From Lama glama (taxonomy: Eukaryota), in contig CM052816.1 of NCBI GenBank assembly GCA_028534125.1, positions 8,310,001 through 8,374,000 of the forward strand: 64,000 nucleotides of DNA, written 5' to 3'. The notes beneath the pieces were generated by a model. It was not told the origin of the DNA, ran no database searches, and saw only the letters and a list, made by a program, of their open reading frames with translations. A program made the translations under genes and the position numbers. Below, piece by piece: positions 21,606 to 34,837 of the stretch; position 1 is the first letter of the stretch; each line of letters begins with the position of its first letter.

Positions 21606-24600
21606 TGGGTGTGAGATGGCTTCACCCCCAAGACTGGCCTCACTGCCTCCACTGTCCCCATTCTAATCCACGCCCTCCCACAAAATACCAACCTACTCCT
21701 GTCACTCTCCTCTGTGGAGGTCCGCACCCCCAAAAGTGCTTGGAGTTGCACCATTATCACTGCCCAGCCAGCAGCTAGCTCCCCAAACCTCACCATCAAT
21801 GCCCCAACAAACTGGCTTCCTAGTGCCTCCGGTGCAAAGCCCATATCCTTCCTCAGCACCCCAGACTTATCCCAGTGTGACCTCTGCCCTCCCTCTCTGC
21901 CCGTCACCTGCCTCTTTGCTGAAGAGCCCCAGATTCTAGCCTAAAGATCTCTCCCTACCATTTCACCCAGATGCCTGGAGAGCTCCCACTTCCTTAACTG
22001 CTCACACAGAGCTCCTGTGGAATACCCTTCCTTGGCATCATCCACCAAAGAAGCCAACTCAAGCTACCCCTAGCCCTGAAATCATCATATAATCACAGTA
22101 GCTCCCACGTACTGAACACCTATTATGAGTCAGGTGCTTTTCATCGTCACCTCTAACCCTCACAGCAATGGAAAAGGATGTCTCTTTTGCTGTTTTCCAG
22201 GAAATGGAGACCCGGGAAGTCAAACTCAGAGAGGTCACACAGTGATGAGGTAGTAGGGCTGGTTCTTAGACCTGGACTTGGTGGCTTCTAGCCGGGACTG
22301 CTGCCCCTGGCCTGCCTGGGGGAACCGCACGTCCCGTAGGTCTGTTCTGCCCCCTCACCAGCCCAGCCCAGCACCTCTCTGGTCTCTCGCTGTCACCTAC
22401 CCATCCCAGTTTCCCAGCCCAGTGAGTCCTGAGTTATTAGGGGGCTGCTGAGGACCAGAAGGGCTGACCCTCCACAGCCATTTGATCTCTCATGCTGTGT
22501 AAGCATCTACTGAGTACCTACTGTAAATCTGATCCCGTGTGAGGAAATTGAAGGCATTCCCCCAGATTCCTTATTTGTGAAAAATCAAATTAAGACAAAG
22601 GTAGAGGAAAGAGCTGGTCAGCAGACAGAGGACTGGAAGTCGTTAGACTTGGGTTCTGGTCCTGCGTTGGCCTTTAAATCCTTGAGTCCGCCTGGAGGAG
22701 ACCCCGCCCCCAGCCGAGCAGAGCCTGCTGACAAGAGCAGCTCCCCTCCTGGCTTTCCCACCACCTCGTTTACCACAGGCATCCCTTTGCTGACAGGCCT
22801 AGCCTAGCGGGGTCTCAAGGCCAAGTGAGTGAGTGAATGAGTGACTTACTCTCCCGTGAGTGAATGAAGAAGAATCACGTGGCCGCTGACTTCGCCCAGG
22901 GCTGTGTGCCAGGCCCTGCTCTCAGCATTTCACTTGTATTAACTCATTCGAAGGCCTGGACCAGGAGCCCTGACTTCATTGATGGGAGACCCGAGGCACA
23001 GGAAGGCTGAGTAACAGTACGTGGGAGTCTCGGGGGTGAGTGACTGAAGCAAGGGGCAAGGGAAGAGATGCTGAGAAAGCGAGAGGGGGCTGCGACAAGC
23101 GAGTTTTCTCCGCTCTGGCTCTGCCGCCCAGGAGACCTCTGAGGGGAATCTCAATGCTCTGTAATTGGCACCAATTAATGGCAGGTTCTTGTTAGCTTGC
23201 GGCCCTGCCCAAATTGCGGGCTCTGGGCTGATGGGGGAAGGCCGTGTGCTGGTAGGTCAGTGCGAACGGCCGAGGCTTGCCTGCCCCCTGCCCACTTGGC
23301 TCTGAGAACCCATTCTCTGCGTGGCCCCCACCCTGGCCCAGGGCTGATCCCGGGCTGGCAGCAGCCGGGGGAACAGAAGGTTTGCTTGTCTGCGCCTGCC
23401 GCACCCCCCTCCCCAGCCTCAGCCTGGGACCCCTCTCGGGGGCTCCTCTGGCTGCCAGGGACTGGCGCTCTCTGTTGCCATGGCACCGGCCGGAGATGAG
23501 GCGCTAGGGGGGTGTGCATGGAGGGCAGCCGAAGGATGGTGGAGGCCTGGAACTCTGCAGCTGCAGAGGCCCCCAGGCCCTCTGCGAACAGTGGAAGGGG
23601 GTGCTGGGGCCCCGGCAGGGGCAGGCCTGGACCATGAGCGCAGCAGGCCTATGGCAGAGCTGGCCAAACAGCTAGCCTGACTGCTGGGATGCTCTGTCTC
23701 AGGGGCCTTTGGGACAGGCCTCAAGGTAGGCCAGAGACCTGCTTGGGCACTGCCCCTGTGTGGACCCCACTAGGGTAAACCCATGTGGGAGTATTTCTCT
23801 GTGAACAGACCTGTTTCTGGGCAGAAGTTAGGTAGTTTAGCATCGCAGTTAAGAATACAGGTTTGGAGTCAGATAGGCCTGAGTTTGCATCCCAGCTTCT
23901 CATTGTCTTGTTACTTTTTGGCTGTGTGATCTTGGGCAAGTAGCTATACCTCTCTGAGACTCAGTTTCCTCCTTTGTGAAATGGGAATAATGATTGTATC
24001 TTCCTCATCAGATTCTTATGAGGATAAAACAAAATCCCCAGGTCATCTCATTTAGCAGAGTGCCTAGCTCCAAATTAGTAAGGACTATTGTTTCTTTTCA
24101 GATCGTGGGGCATCGGAACAATGAATGGGAAGAGAGATGTCCTGGGTTGGCATTGGTGAATGGAAGCAGGACCAGCGGGTAGAGGATACAGTGAGACAGA
24201 TTGTGCTCAGTGTAATAAAAATTTTCCAATAGGCTGGCCTCTGAGGATCCGGAGCTGTCCAAGAATGGAATGGGCCTCGGGTGAGGTGGTGAGATCCCTG
24301 TCATGGGAGGTGTGCAGTTGTAAGCTGGACAACCCCTTTGTTGCAGAGAGGGTGGGGGAGACGTGACTTACAGCCTTCCCAGCCCTCAGACTGTAGGGCT
24401 CTGCAAAAGTTCTCCCCTCTTGTTCTGCCAGTTTCAGGTTCACCCAGCTAAAGGGAGAGAGCATGGACTGAAGGGGAGGCTGGAGAACAGAGCAGTGTAA
24501 CAACAAGCCCGGTGACTTGTGTACTGAGCTCGTGCTGTGTGCCAGGCACGGGCTTGTCATCTCTGCTTCCTGCCTTAGAGAGGCTGTCACATGGGTGTCG

Positions 24601-27600
24601 AGCCCATGTGCTCTGGGGTCAGTCTGCCCACAGTTGAGCACTAGCTTCACCACTGGTGAGCCCCGTGACCTTGAGCAAATGATGTAAGCTCTGTGTGCCT
24701 TGCTTTCCTCACCTGCAAAATGCAGAAGCAACACTAATGTCAGAGATTGTTCTGAGATCATTCACATTAAGGGTCGATCCCTGGTGCTGGGTACTGAAAA
24801 CTAAATCACAGGTCACTGTTCTTCTTCTTGTTATTTTCAAGAACTTCGAAGTCCTTGTTCCTTTCTGAAGGGGCTGTTGTGGGCCCAGCTGGCATCCAGA
24901 GGACTCTGGTCTAGGGTTGCACCGGGCCTGGGCAGAGCCGGGCCATATGGCCCAGAGGGTGGCCATGGGGACGAGCAGGGAGGCCAGTGAGGCACCAGAG
25001 GAGGCAGGAAGCGTTTGTTCTGCTGGTGGGTGGGTGGACAGGGGTGTGCAGTGGGCCTCCCTCCCTCCCTGACCTCCTTCTTAAGCTGGTTCCTTGCCCA
25101 CGTGGGGACCCAGGCCCCCTCCCCTGGGCCCCCAGCGGCCGTGAGGCACACACTGAGCGCTTTCCCACGAACTGTTCCAAGTAGCTGGGCCTGCACCCCC
25201 CCCCCCAAGCTCCTGGCGCACGCTCTCTGGTGGGCGAGGGGGTGGGCGGCAGGAGGGGGGCTCAGACTAGGGGGATCAGTCCGTTCTTTATCAGCCTGGC
25301 TCCAATCCAGACAGATGTTTCATTTTATTTTGAACTTCCAAAAAATAGGTCATTTCTTTCCATTGTGGCCCTGGGGAGGCCTCCTGGGGAGAGGAGCACA
25401 GAGTGAGTGACGAGAGCATCGGAGCCTCACTTGGGGCCCCCGGGGAGCTGGGCGGGCAGCAGCCTCCCTCCCTCTGTCATGATGAGCTGGCTGTCAGTAG
25501 GGCCAGGGAGCGAAGGTTCTTAAGGGCTGAGCCTTTACCTCGGGTGGCTGGAGAGCCGTGAAGGTGCCAGGGAGGAACATGGTCAGATAGAGATTTCAGA
25601 AATGTTCCTCCGGTTAGGGTGTGAGAACAGGTGGGAGGAGACAGACTGGAGGTGAGATGGGAGGCGGGTGGTGCAGTGCAGCAGCCAGAGGCCACCAAGC
25701 TTGTGCTGGAGGGGGCAGGGTAGGGGGATCAGAGTGACGGTCCACCGCACTGGCACTGTTCTTGCATCCACTTGGACTTCCCACAGCTGGATCCCATGCC
25801 AAGCCCCAACTTAGCTGGTTTCTGCTGCTTTGTTTTGGGGACATCATAGGTACCTGGAAAGCAGGAAAAGCCCTCTGGGTCTAGAAGCACCGTGGCAGAG
25901 TTGGGCCTGGGTGACTGAGCTGCACCGCTGTATGATTTGGGTCAGGTTGCTCACCCGCTGTGCCCTTAATGTGATCCTGAGGTTTGTAGGGAGATACATT
26001 GTGTAGGGCGGAATGTTAAACCTTCACCAATGGAAGAGGCATAAGATTGAGGGGGCAGATGGGAGCCCCATAGCTTCAGCCCTTTCCTGCCTGTAACTAT
26101 CTCCCAACCCAGCGGACCCTGCTCTCCTCCTGGCCCCCAGGGCAGGGCTCCCCTGCCCATGCGGTAAGCGCACACCTACGTCTCAGACCACTTGGGGCAA
26201 GGCCACGTGGCCACGCGCTCTGCCAGGTCCAGCCTGTGCTGCCATCACCCTCGTACTCTCCCAGCTGCTGGCGGGAGGACTCATTCTCTGGCTCCAGATG
26301 CCTCTTGCCCCCACACACTCTTAGGCCTGGAGCTGGCAGCCTTCTTCAAGCTGAGTCATGACATCCTGGCCCGGGCCCCTCCCCAGCACCCCACCCCCAC
26401 CCCAGCATTCCAACTCAGTACAGCTGCTTCCAGAGCAGGGTCCTGAAAGTCACAACATGTCAGCCCTGGAAGTGCTCCCAGGACAGCCCCGCCCACCCTG
26501 TGTACAGATGGGGAAACCGAGGCTCAGAGAGGGGCAGAACCATACAAATGGGTGACAGAGCTGAGCTAGAACCCATGTCCTTACTCTCAGCCAGGGATCT
26601 GCCTCTGCAGTTTGTCCCAGGAGCTGTGAAGTGTCCGCGGTGTGGAGGACAGAGGACTAAACCGCTGGCGGGGAGACTGGAGTCTGTGTCCCACTTCTGC
26701 AGCCATTTAGCAGGTCCCCTCCTCTGAGTCTCGGTTTCCAATCCCTGCCTGGCTGAGACAGTGCAAGGAAAATGACTTCGGTGTAAATGTCTCCGTGTGG
26801 CAAGGTGGGGGCGGTGGTATTCTGTGGGGAGGGAGGGGGTAGCAGCTGCAGTTTGAACCCTGGGGCCTTGAGTCACCAGCCTCACATCTGAGCCTGGGGG
26901 GAGGGCCGGGGCTGCCCAGTCAGGTGAGCTTCAGCCCCGCACTGGCATCTGAGCCCAGCTTGCCTACAGTAAAACACTGGGGCCTGTCCCTGTCCTCCTA
27001 GCCTCAGTTTCCCATCTGTACAATGGGGCACAGGAAAGGGGTTGGACCAGATAGATGGTCCCTGAGGGCCGTGGAACTCTGACATTCCAGGGCTGTAACC
27101 CTGCGACCCCAAGGCCAGGCCTCCTCCTCCCTCTGGCATCTTGTTTATTCAGAGCATCCCTGACCCGAGACTGGCCTGGCGGCGGCGGCCTCAAGCACCC
27201 CCTCCTCCTCATAGCAAGGCTTCCTCCCATCTCCATCTTGCTGCAATTTCTGCCCAGCCTGTTCCCCGCCTCCAGACTGTGTCCCTTCATCCCTCAGGTA
27301 CCCACAGCCCCTCCAAATCCTAAACCAGCTTAGTGCCAGCGCTCAATCTTTCTCTTCTGCCTTTTTCTCATCTCTGAAAATGAAATTGTGCCCCCAGGAC
27401 ATACACACACACACTCCTGTCCCCTAGTGCTCCCAGCCAGAAATAGGGGTGGGTCTCATTTAGGGTACCTCTCTCCCCAGCCCCCCTACATCTGATCATC
27501 GAGTCCTGTCATCTCGGCTGGGTACATCTCAGTCCCGTCTGTTTCCGTCAGTCCCCACTGGCTTCTGCCCAGTTTAAACCAAGTGAACAGAAAAGCAGTG

Positions 27601-30600
27601 GCAGAGCAGTCTCTGCTCTGTGTTCCTAGGCAAGTTCTGTAAGTGCCCTCTGCCTCAGTTTACCCATCTAAAATGAGACCGATCCTTATATCTACGTCAT
27701 GGTGGTGTCTGAGAAGCAAGTGAGTCTATATGCTTAACGCAGCACCTGGTGCAGTAAGTGTGCAACACACGCTGGCTTTGTGGCTTGTCTGCGCCCGCAT
27801 GAGGATGTGTGTTCAGGTGAGTTTGGGCTCTCGTGTGTTCATGCTCTGTGCGTGTTGTATGTGCACAGCTCTGTTTGTGCCGGGTACCCATGTGATTTGC
27901 CATGAGTGTGCGCACCTCACATGGGCACGTGGGAGAGCACAGAGGTGGCGGTCTGTGCTGTGTGCCGGGCCCCGTGGAGTTGCGTGCATGCATGTTTCGT
28001 GTGGGCGTACACACGTCTGGTGCCGGCGTGACGGCTGGGCACACAGGGCGCCCGCAGCACTTGGGTGTGTTTCAGAGCAGTGTGTGAGCGAGCGCGTAGG
28101 CAGGAAGGAGCCTGTGCTGTGTGCGCACGTGCTCACCGTGTGCGAGCCTCCCCCACCGGCAGCCGCACAGGCCCCCCTCCCCGGCCTGCCTGTGTCGTGG
28201 GAGCCTCGGGACCCCGAGGGAGGGAAGCTGCTGCTAGCGGATGTGGCCAAGATGGACTGGATTTATTTAGATTAAGGCAGTGGGAAAGGAGTGGAAACTT
28301 GTATGTGCTGGAAGGAGGGGCGGCTGGGGCTCTGAGAGTGACTCCCCAAGCATGCTGCTCCCCTGGACTTGGGGTCCTCCCCTGGACCAAAGGGGTCTCT
28401 CTGACTCACTGTGAGGAGCTGGGCAATTACCCCATCTTGGGATCTGTGTTCCCCCAACCTTGCCAGAATAGGAGGAACCATGAGAACTTCCCACACAGCA
28501 CTTGCCTCATGGGCAAAGTGGGTGGGTCCCTGAGGGTCCCCTCCTTCTCTCTGCTCTAGGGGCCTCTCTAGACAAGAGAGTGTGGCAGGAAGGGGAGTGC
28601 CTCCTCCTTGACTATGACATTCACCTTGTCCCAGGTGGCTTCTCCCTGGAGCGTAGCCCTGCCTCTGAAGAAGGGAAGCGCTCACAGGCAAGCCCTCCAC
28701 CCCATCAGCCACCTGAGCCCTTCTGGGGTTCCTGGTAACACAGCAGCCCTTGGGAAGCACAGAAGTCCATAAAACATTGGGTGGACAACTGGAGTGTCAG
28801 CAAGTCACCCAAGATGGCCCAGGAGGTCTGTCTGGGTGCCCCAAGCCCCACTCTGGTTCTTCTCAGTCCACTGGCCTGTTGCCCACACCACCCTTCCCCC
28901 TGCCACCTCCTGAGTATCCATATCACCAATTTATTTGTGTGGAAGTTACCTGAATGACTGAAGCCCAGAGAGGGAAACAACCTGTCTGAGTACACACAGC
29001 AAATCTGGGACCACAGGGTCAGGGGATTCAATCCACAGAACGTGATGAGTTATGAGTTCTCACTCTATGCCAGCCTCAGGAAGGTAACCCCTCCTCTCGT
29101 CAGCCCCTATGTCCCCAAAGTAGGAATAACAGTGACCAGAACCTTCTCTCTGGCAGTTTTAGTGCAGAGATGGCTCTTGGAGATGACCTGTCTAAACCCC
29201 TCCCCGTATGGATGGGGAAACCAAGTCCCAGAGAGGACTGGAGACTTACTCAGTCTCACAGTGGGTCACATAGTGCCTTGTGACCAGAGGCAAAATGCTC
29301 ACTGCATAAAGAGAGAAGCCAGATCAAAATCCCTGGTTAGCTATGCTCTACCTAAGGTGGCTACATTCTCCCTGAGCTCCTTTGCCCAGCCTGTCCCTAC
29401 CCTGCCACCTGATTCTGCCTTTTTGCTGTGTGACTGGGCCATGGCTCTGTCTGTCTCTGGGCCTCTGCTGCCTGTTCAAGAAGTCCCCTCCCAACTCAGA
29501 GTCTCAGAGACTCTGAGCCCCCTTAGCTCCAGGACTATGGGGAGAGGAGCCAGGGTCGGGGGCTGCTCATCCGGGGGCCCCAGCCCACAACCTTCCAGAG
29601 CCAGGCAGCCCTGGTTGCAGTGACCTCCCATCTCCAGGCCAGCCGACCAAATTCCTCCTTTAGAATAATAAACAGTGTGGCCAGCCAGGGAGGCTGGGAG
29701 GGGAGGGGCACGGAGGCTGAAATGATCCCCTCCCCCAGCCCCCACTGCTAATGATTTTCTTTGGCTGAGATCTCTGGCAGGAAGAGGGGATCCAGAGGGG
29801 CACCCACCAAGGGGCAGATGGGCCTCCGTGGGGGCTGCTGGCTCCGCCATGGCGCTGCTCCCTCCTGCTGGAGGAGCCTGGCATCCAGCTGGAAGGCTGG
29901 GGCAGGAGGGATGGGAGAGGGGGGAGCTGAGGAGGGGTCCTCACGTCGTCGGCTGGGCTTTGAATCTTAAGCGATTGGGAGAAGGGAGAGGGGACCCTCC
30001 AGCAAGCTGGTCTGAAGGGATGGGGAGAGGAGGAGGAGAGCAGATCCTTTCAGAGCTTCTTGGGGTGCTGGGCAGAGCTGAGATGGCAGTCCTCAGGCTA
30101 TGAGCCTTGCTTCTGTCTCATGACTACCGTGTAAATGCAGCCCTGGAAGTGGTACACTTGCCGTCCCACCACTTTGAGAGCTGGAGACTGAGGCCACTGA
30201 GATAGTGATGGCGAAGACGGTAGCCCTGCTGGGACTCAAGCCCAGATCCCAGCCCTGGCCTGGGAACTAGAAGGGGTGAGATGGGAGTGGAGTGGGGGCA
30301 AGCCGGGCATGACCTTAGGGACCGGGCCAGGCTGGGCAGCCACTCAGAGAGGTCAGCGGTCCCACAGCACCCAGGTCTCCTTGTCACCTTGTCACCTGGT
30401 GTCTCCCATGTTTCTTGCTCTACAACCCCCCTGCCCACTTTTGGCCCCCTTCTTGTTGATGCTACAGTCAGACCTTTGCAAGCCTGGCTGTTGGTTATTT
30501 GGGACTCTCGGATGGAGCTGCCAAGGGCAGGAATAGGGCAAAGACCCCCCCAGTATTGTCTGTCTCTCTCTCCATGTCCCTGCTTCTGTCTCTTTCTGAG

Positions 30601-31464
30601 TCCGTCGCTGGATGTTTCCTCTCTCTCTGTCTCTCTGTGTCTTTGTCTCTCTCTACCTCCACCATTCCAGTTCTCCTTGTCTCCTTCCAGGACAAGCTCT
30701 GCTGTGTAGCCTCAGGCAATCTTTCCCTCTCAGAGCCTCAGTCTCCCCATCTGGACACTGGAGGCAGTGGTGGGGGGCTTGGATTCTGTAGTCTCCAAGG
30801 ATCTCTGAAACCTTGCTGGGCCTCCTGTGGGCCCAGACCCGGGCCCCTCCCCCTGGGCCTCCCTGTGCAGCTTGGGGCTGAATAAAGGGGGCCAGGCATG
30901 GGGAGGTGACCCCCCCTACATTCCGCAGCCCCAACTCCCCCGCTTCCCTTCCCACAGCCGCCTCCATTTCCTGTTGTGCTTGTGGAGCTGTGGGAGTTCT
31001 CTGGGTTCTGGCCTACCCCCTCTTCCCCCCCCCAAGCCTTTCATCACACTTTCCCAAATATTTGTCCTGGCAGATAAGAGCCTGGTATTGGAACTGTCAC
31101 CCCAAGGACTGTTAGAGCTGGCGGGTCCCTGGATACCATCCAGCCCAAGCCCCTACCCCTGCTGCGCATACAGAGAAACTAAGGCCCAGAGAGAAGCCGG
31201 GGCCTCAGCCAAGTCACCAGAGAGGTAGAGGCAGAGCCAAAGCAGGGCCCAGGCAGCCTGGGGCTGGGCCCAGCGTGAGAAGGGGAGCCCCTTGGCATGA
31301 GTGCCCGCTCGGTGTTGGGGGTGGGTGGCCTTTGACTTTAGCCTGATGGATAGAGGCTGGGTGGCTCAGGTTGGGGCTGACTCTGCAGGACCCAGGAAAG
31401 ATGAACCCTGGCATCGCCTTTGACCACTCTGGGTCCTGACTCCTCTTTACCTCTGCAGGATACC

Positions 31465-31504
31465 ATGTGGCTTCCGAGTGCCATGCCTGCTCCTGTCCTC
31501 AAAG
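31465..31504 (+). CDS. PDGFRB: PDGFRB exon 2 coding part (start codon, MWLPSAMPAPVLK); exon begins 31459
   Basis: Acceptor ctgcag|GATACCATG; 40 coding nt; donor AAAG|gtaggt. Confidence 0.93.
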
Positions 31505-32599
31505 GTAGGTGGACTGGGGGTGAGGGGAGAGGACCCTGGGGAGCCACTAACAAAGACCCTGGAGCTGACAGGGTGGCACATGCTAGCGCCAGGGCCTGGG
31601 AGCCCAGGGCCACTGCTCTGCTCTTAAGCCTCAATTTCCCGCCTTTTCAGTGGGTCTCAGTGGAGGCCTCCTTCCACCCCCCACCCCTCAGCTCAGAAAC
31701 CACAGTGAGCCCCTGCTCGTCCAGAGCCATCCACTCAAATCCTTTGCTTGGCCCTCCATATCCCATGCCCCTCACCGCCTGTCCCCACCCCAGTCCCTAA
31801 CAGTCACCCTGGTCTCCCATCTCTCCTCAGCACTCATTGTTATCAGTTTGGCCAGTCTGGTTCTGGTGTGGGACTCCCCTCCCCGGCCTGGACCCCTCAT
31901 TGGTTGTGAGCCCCCAGGTCCTGCTGGGCTTCTCCAGGCAGTCAGTGCTGACCAGGCAATCAGTGACCAGCCAAAGGCCCCCCCGAAGATGACTGACTAG
32001 CTGGCCGAGCACCCACCTGTCAGTGCCCCCTCCGTATTTTCACCTCCAGTGTGCCCTGCCGAGACAGGAGGGTGTGGCTCACAGAATCCTTCCCCAGGGG
32101 CTGTCAGAAGGGAGAGGGGAGATCAGTCCCTTGACTTTCTCCCAACCCCAGCCCCCTTCAGCCTCCAGGGCTGCCTCAGTCTGCCCCACTCTGGACTACC
32201 GTGGCCACCACCTCCCCAAAGGGCCATCTCTGGGCTTTGGACAGAACCTGGGCAGCTGAGGCAGCCGCAGGGAAGAGGCTCCGAGAGTGACCTGGGAAGT
32301 AATGCAGGAACCGGAGGCCTGGGAATTGCTTCCCGAGGATTTCCTGATGCCTTTGCTAGAACATGCCTGCAGCCTGAATGCTGCATTGCAGAAGGACTCC
32401 AAGGCTGGGGATCTAAAGGCTTGGAGATCAGGAGGCCAGGAGGCCAGAAGGAGTCCCTGGGGACCAGGCCCTGGACGGGCAGGTCTCAGAACCCTGGCTT
32501 CCAGTCTGTGTTCCTGTGGATTAGGGAGGTGTGTTCCCCGTCTGCGGGGAGGGGGCTGATACGATCGTGCCTTGATGTCTGATGCCTCTTCTCCCAAAG

Positions 32600-32923
32600 G
32601 CCAGGAGCTGTTGCTGCCCCTGCTGTTGCTGCTGGGACCGCAGGCCTCCTGGGGCCTGGTCATCACACCCCCGGGGCCGGAGCTTGTCCTCAATCTCTCC
32701 AGCACCTTTGTTCTGACCTGCTCGGGTCCAGCTCCAGTGGTGTGGGAACGGATGTCCCAGAACCCCCCACAGGAAATAACCAAGACCCAGGACAGCACGT
32801 TCTCCAGCAAGCTGACACTGGCCAATGTCACTGGGCTCCACACGGGAGAATACTTTTGTACCTACAATGGCTCCCATGGGCTGGAGGCCAGTGAGCGGAA
32901 GCGGCTGTACATCTTTGTGCCAG
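32600..32923 (+). CDS. PDGFRB: PDGFRB exon 3 (signal peptide, Ig domain 1)
   Basis: [40 protein letters not shown]...[13 protein letters not shown] bounded, 324 nt. Confidence 0.96.
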
Positions 32924-33435
32924 GTAAGGACCCCCGGCCTGTGTGCTCACTCCCTAACTCCTCTTCTCAACTGCAGGCATCTGGGGGAAGCTCAGAGAGC
33001 GCTTTACTGATATGGTGAAACACAGCTATCTTGGAAATGCAGGGGAATCACGGAATCAGTCTAGGAGTATGTTCACTCCCACCCCTTGGTCTGGAGATTT
33101 TTCTGCTCCCACACACCCCATTCCTGGTTCCCAAGAACTCTGCATTCTCAGCTGGTTCCAATATGCCCCCTCTTGGCCTCCATGTCTCATCTTCCCCATT
33201 CTCCAAGCTCCAGGTGCCAGCTGCCCATCAACTTGTGATTTATCTTCTTTCTCACACTGGTGCTGTCCCTATCAAATGCTAAAGCTAGAAGGGACCTCTG
33301 AAAGCATCCTTATTCCGTAGTGGGAAGACTGAGGGCCAGAGGTGGGAAGAGACCTGCTCAAGGTCACATAACAAATCAGGGGACAGCCAGAAACCCAGCT
33401 CCCCTGACCCACATTCTTGGCCCCACTTCTGGCAG

Positions 33436-33702
33436 ATCCCACCATAGGCTTCCTCCCTGTCGACCCTGAGGAACTCTTCATCTTTCTCACGGAAATAACT
33501 GAAATCACAATTCCATGCCGGGTGACGGATCCACGATTGGTGGTGACGCTGCATGAGAAGAAGGTGGATGTCCCACTGCCCATCTCCTATGATCACCAAC
33601 GTGGCTTCTCTGGGACCTTTGAGGACAAGACCTATGTCTGCAAAACCACCATTGGGGACAGGGAAGTGGATTCCGATGCCTACTATGTCTACAGCCTCCA
33701 GG
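33436..33702 (+). CDS. PDGFRB: PDGFRB exon 4 (Ig domain 2)
   Basis: [33 protein letters not shown]...YYVYSLQ; 267 nt. Confidence 0.96.
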
Positions 33703-34403
33703 GTGAGCCCCCTCTTTCTGGCCTGATGCTCAGCAGAGGCAAGTATGACCCTCTGCAGAGGTACAGACCTTCACAGGTTACAAAGTGGGCATTCCACTTT
33801 TCACTGGATTTGCACTACATCCTTGGAAGGCAGGTATGTCTCCCCATTTTACAGATGAGAAAACTGAGTCTCAGAAAGAGGGTGGAGTATGTCCAAGGTC
33901 ACGGGAAGCATTAGTGGTGGGGCTAGGCTGTATGCTGTGTTGGGCAAAGGCACCCAGCTCTGAATCCCAGCTCTGCCACTTCCCATCTGAGTGGCTTTGC
34001 ACAAGGCACATAATCTCTCTGAGTCTGCTTCATCCTCTGTGAAATGGGGATAATATTGACTGCCTACCTAGTGGGATTATTGTGAAGATTAAATAAAACA
34101 AAAGACGGAGAGTACCTGGTTGTGCTCAGTAAATTTCTTTTGTAATTAGATGTACAGAGAGTAATTTGATTTCAAAACTGTTATTTCTCCCAGAATGGCA
34201 GCCTCATGAGGGCAGGAATTTTGTGCGCTGTGTTTACTGCTAAAGCCCCAGTGCCTGTAACAGTACTTGGCACATAGTATGTATTTAAGAAATGTTTGCT
34301 GAAAGAATGAATCTTCCATACCAGTCATCCCTTTCCTCTCTGGACCCCAACCTCACCCCCAAGTTGATGTGCTGCTGGCTGGCGGTGACTTCCTCAGCCC
34401 TAA

Positions 34404-34631
<228 letters not shown>

Positions 34632-34665
34632 TGATTTGGGGGGCTTGCCTCACCTGTCCCTACAG

Positions 34666-34837
34666 AGTGGGCGGCTGGTAGAGCCAGTGACTGACTTCCT
34701 CTTTGAGATGCCCCACATACGTTCTATCCTGCACATCCCCAGTGCCGAGCTGGGAGACTCAGGGACCTACATCTGCAATGTATCAGATAGTGTAAGCGAC
34801 CATCGAGATGAAAAGGCCATCAATGTCACTGTAGTCG
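34666..34837 (+). CDS. PDGFRB: PDGFRB exon 6 (Ig domain 3)
   Basis: [39 protein letters not shown]...AINVTVV; 172 nt. Confidence 0.95.

Noticed and set aside
27697..28275. Cys/His/Val-rich ORFs (also 38477-39162)
   Set aside because: Translation artefacts of TG/CA low-complexity tracts.
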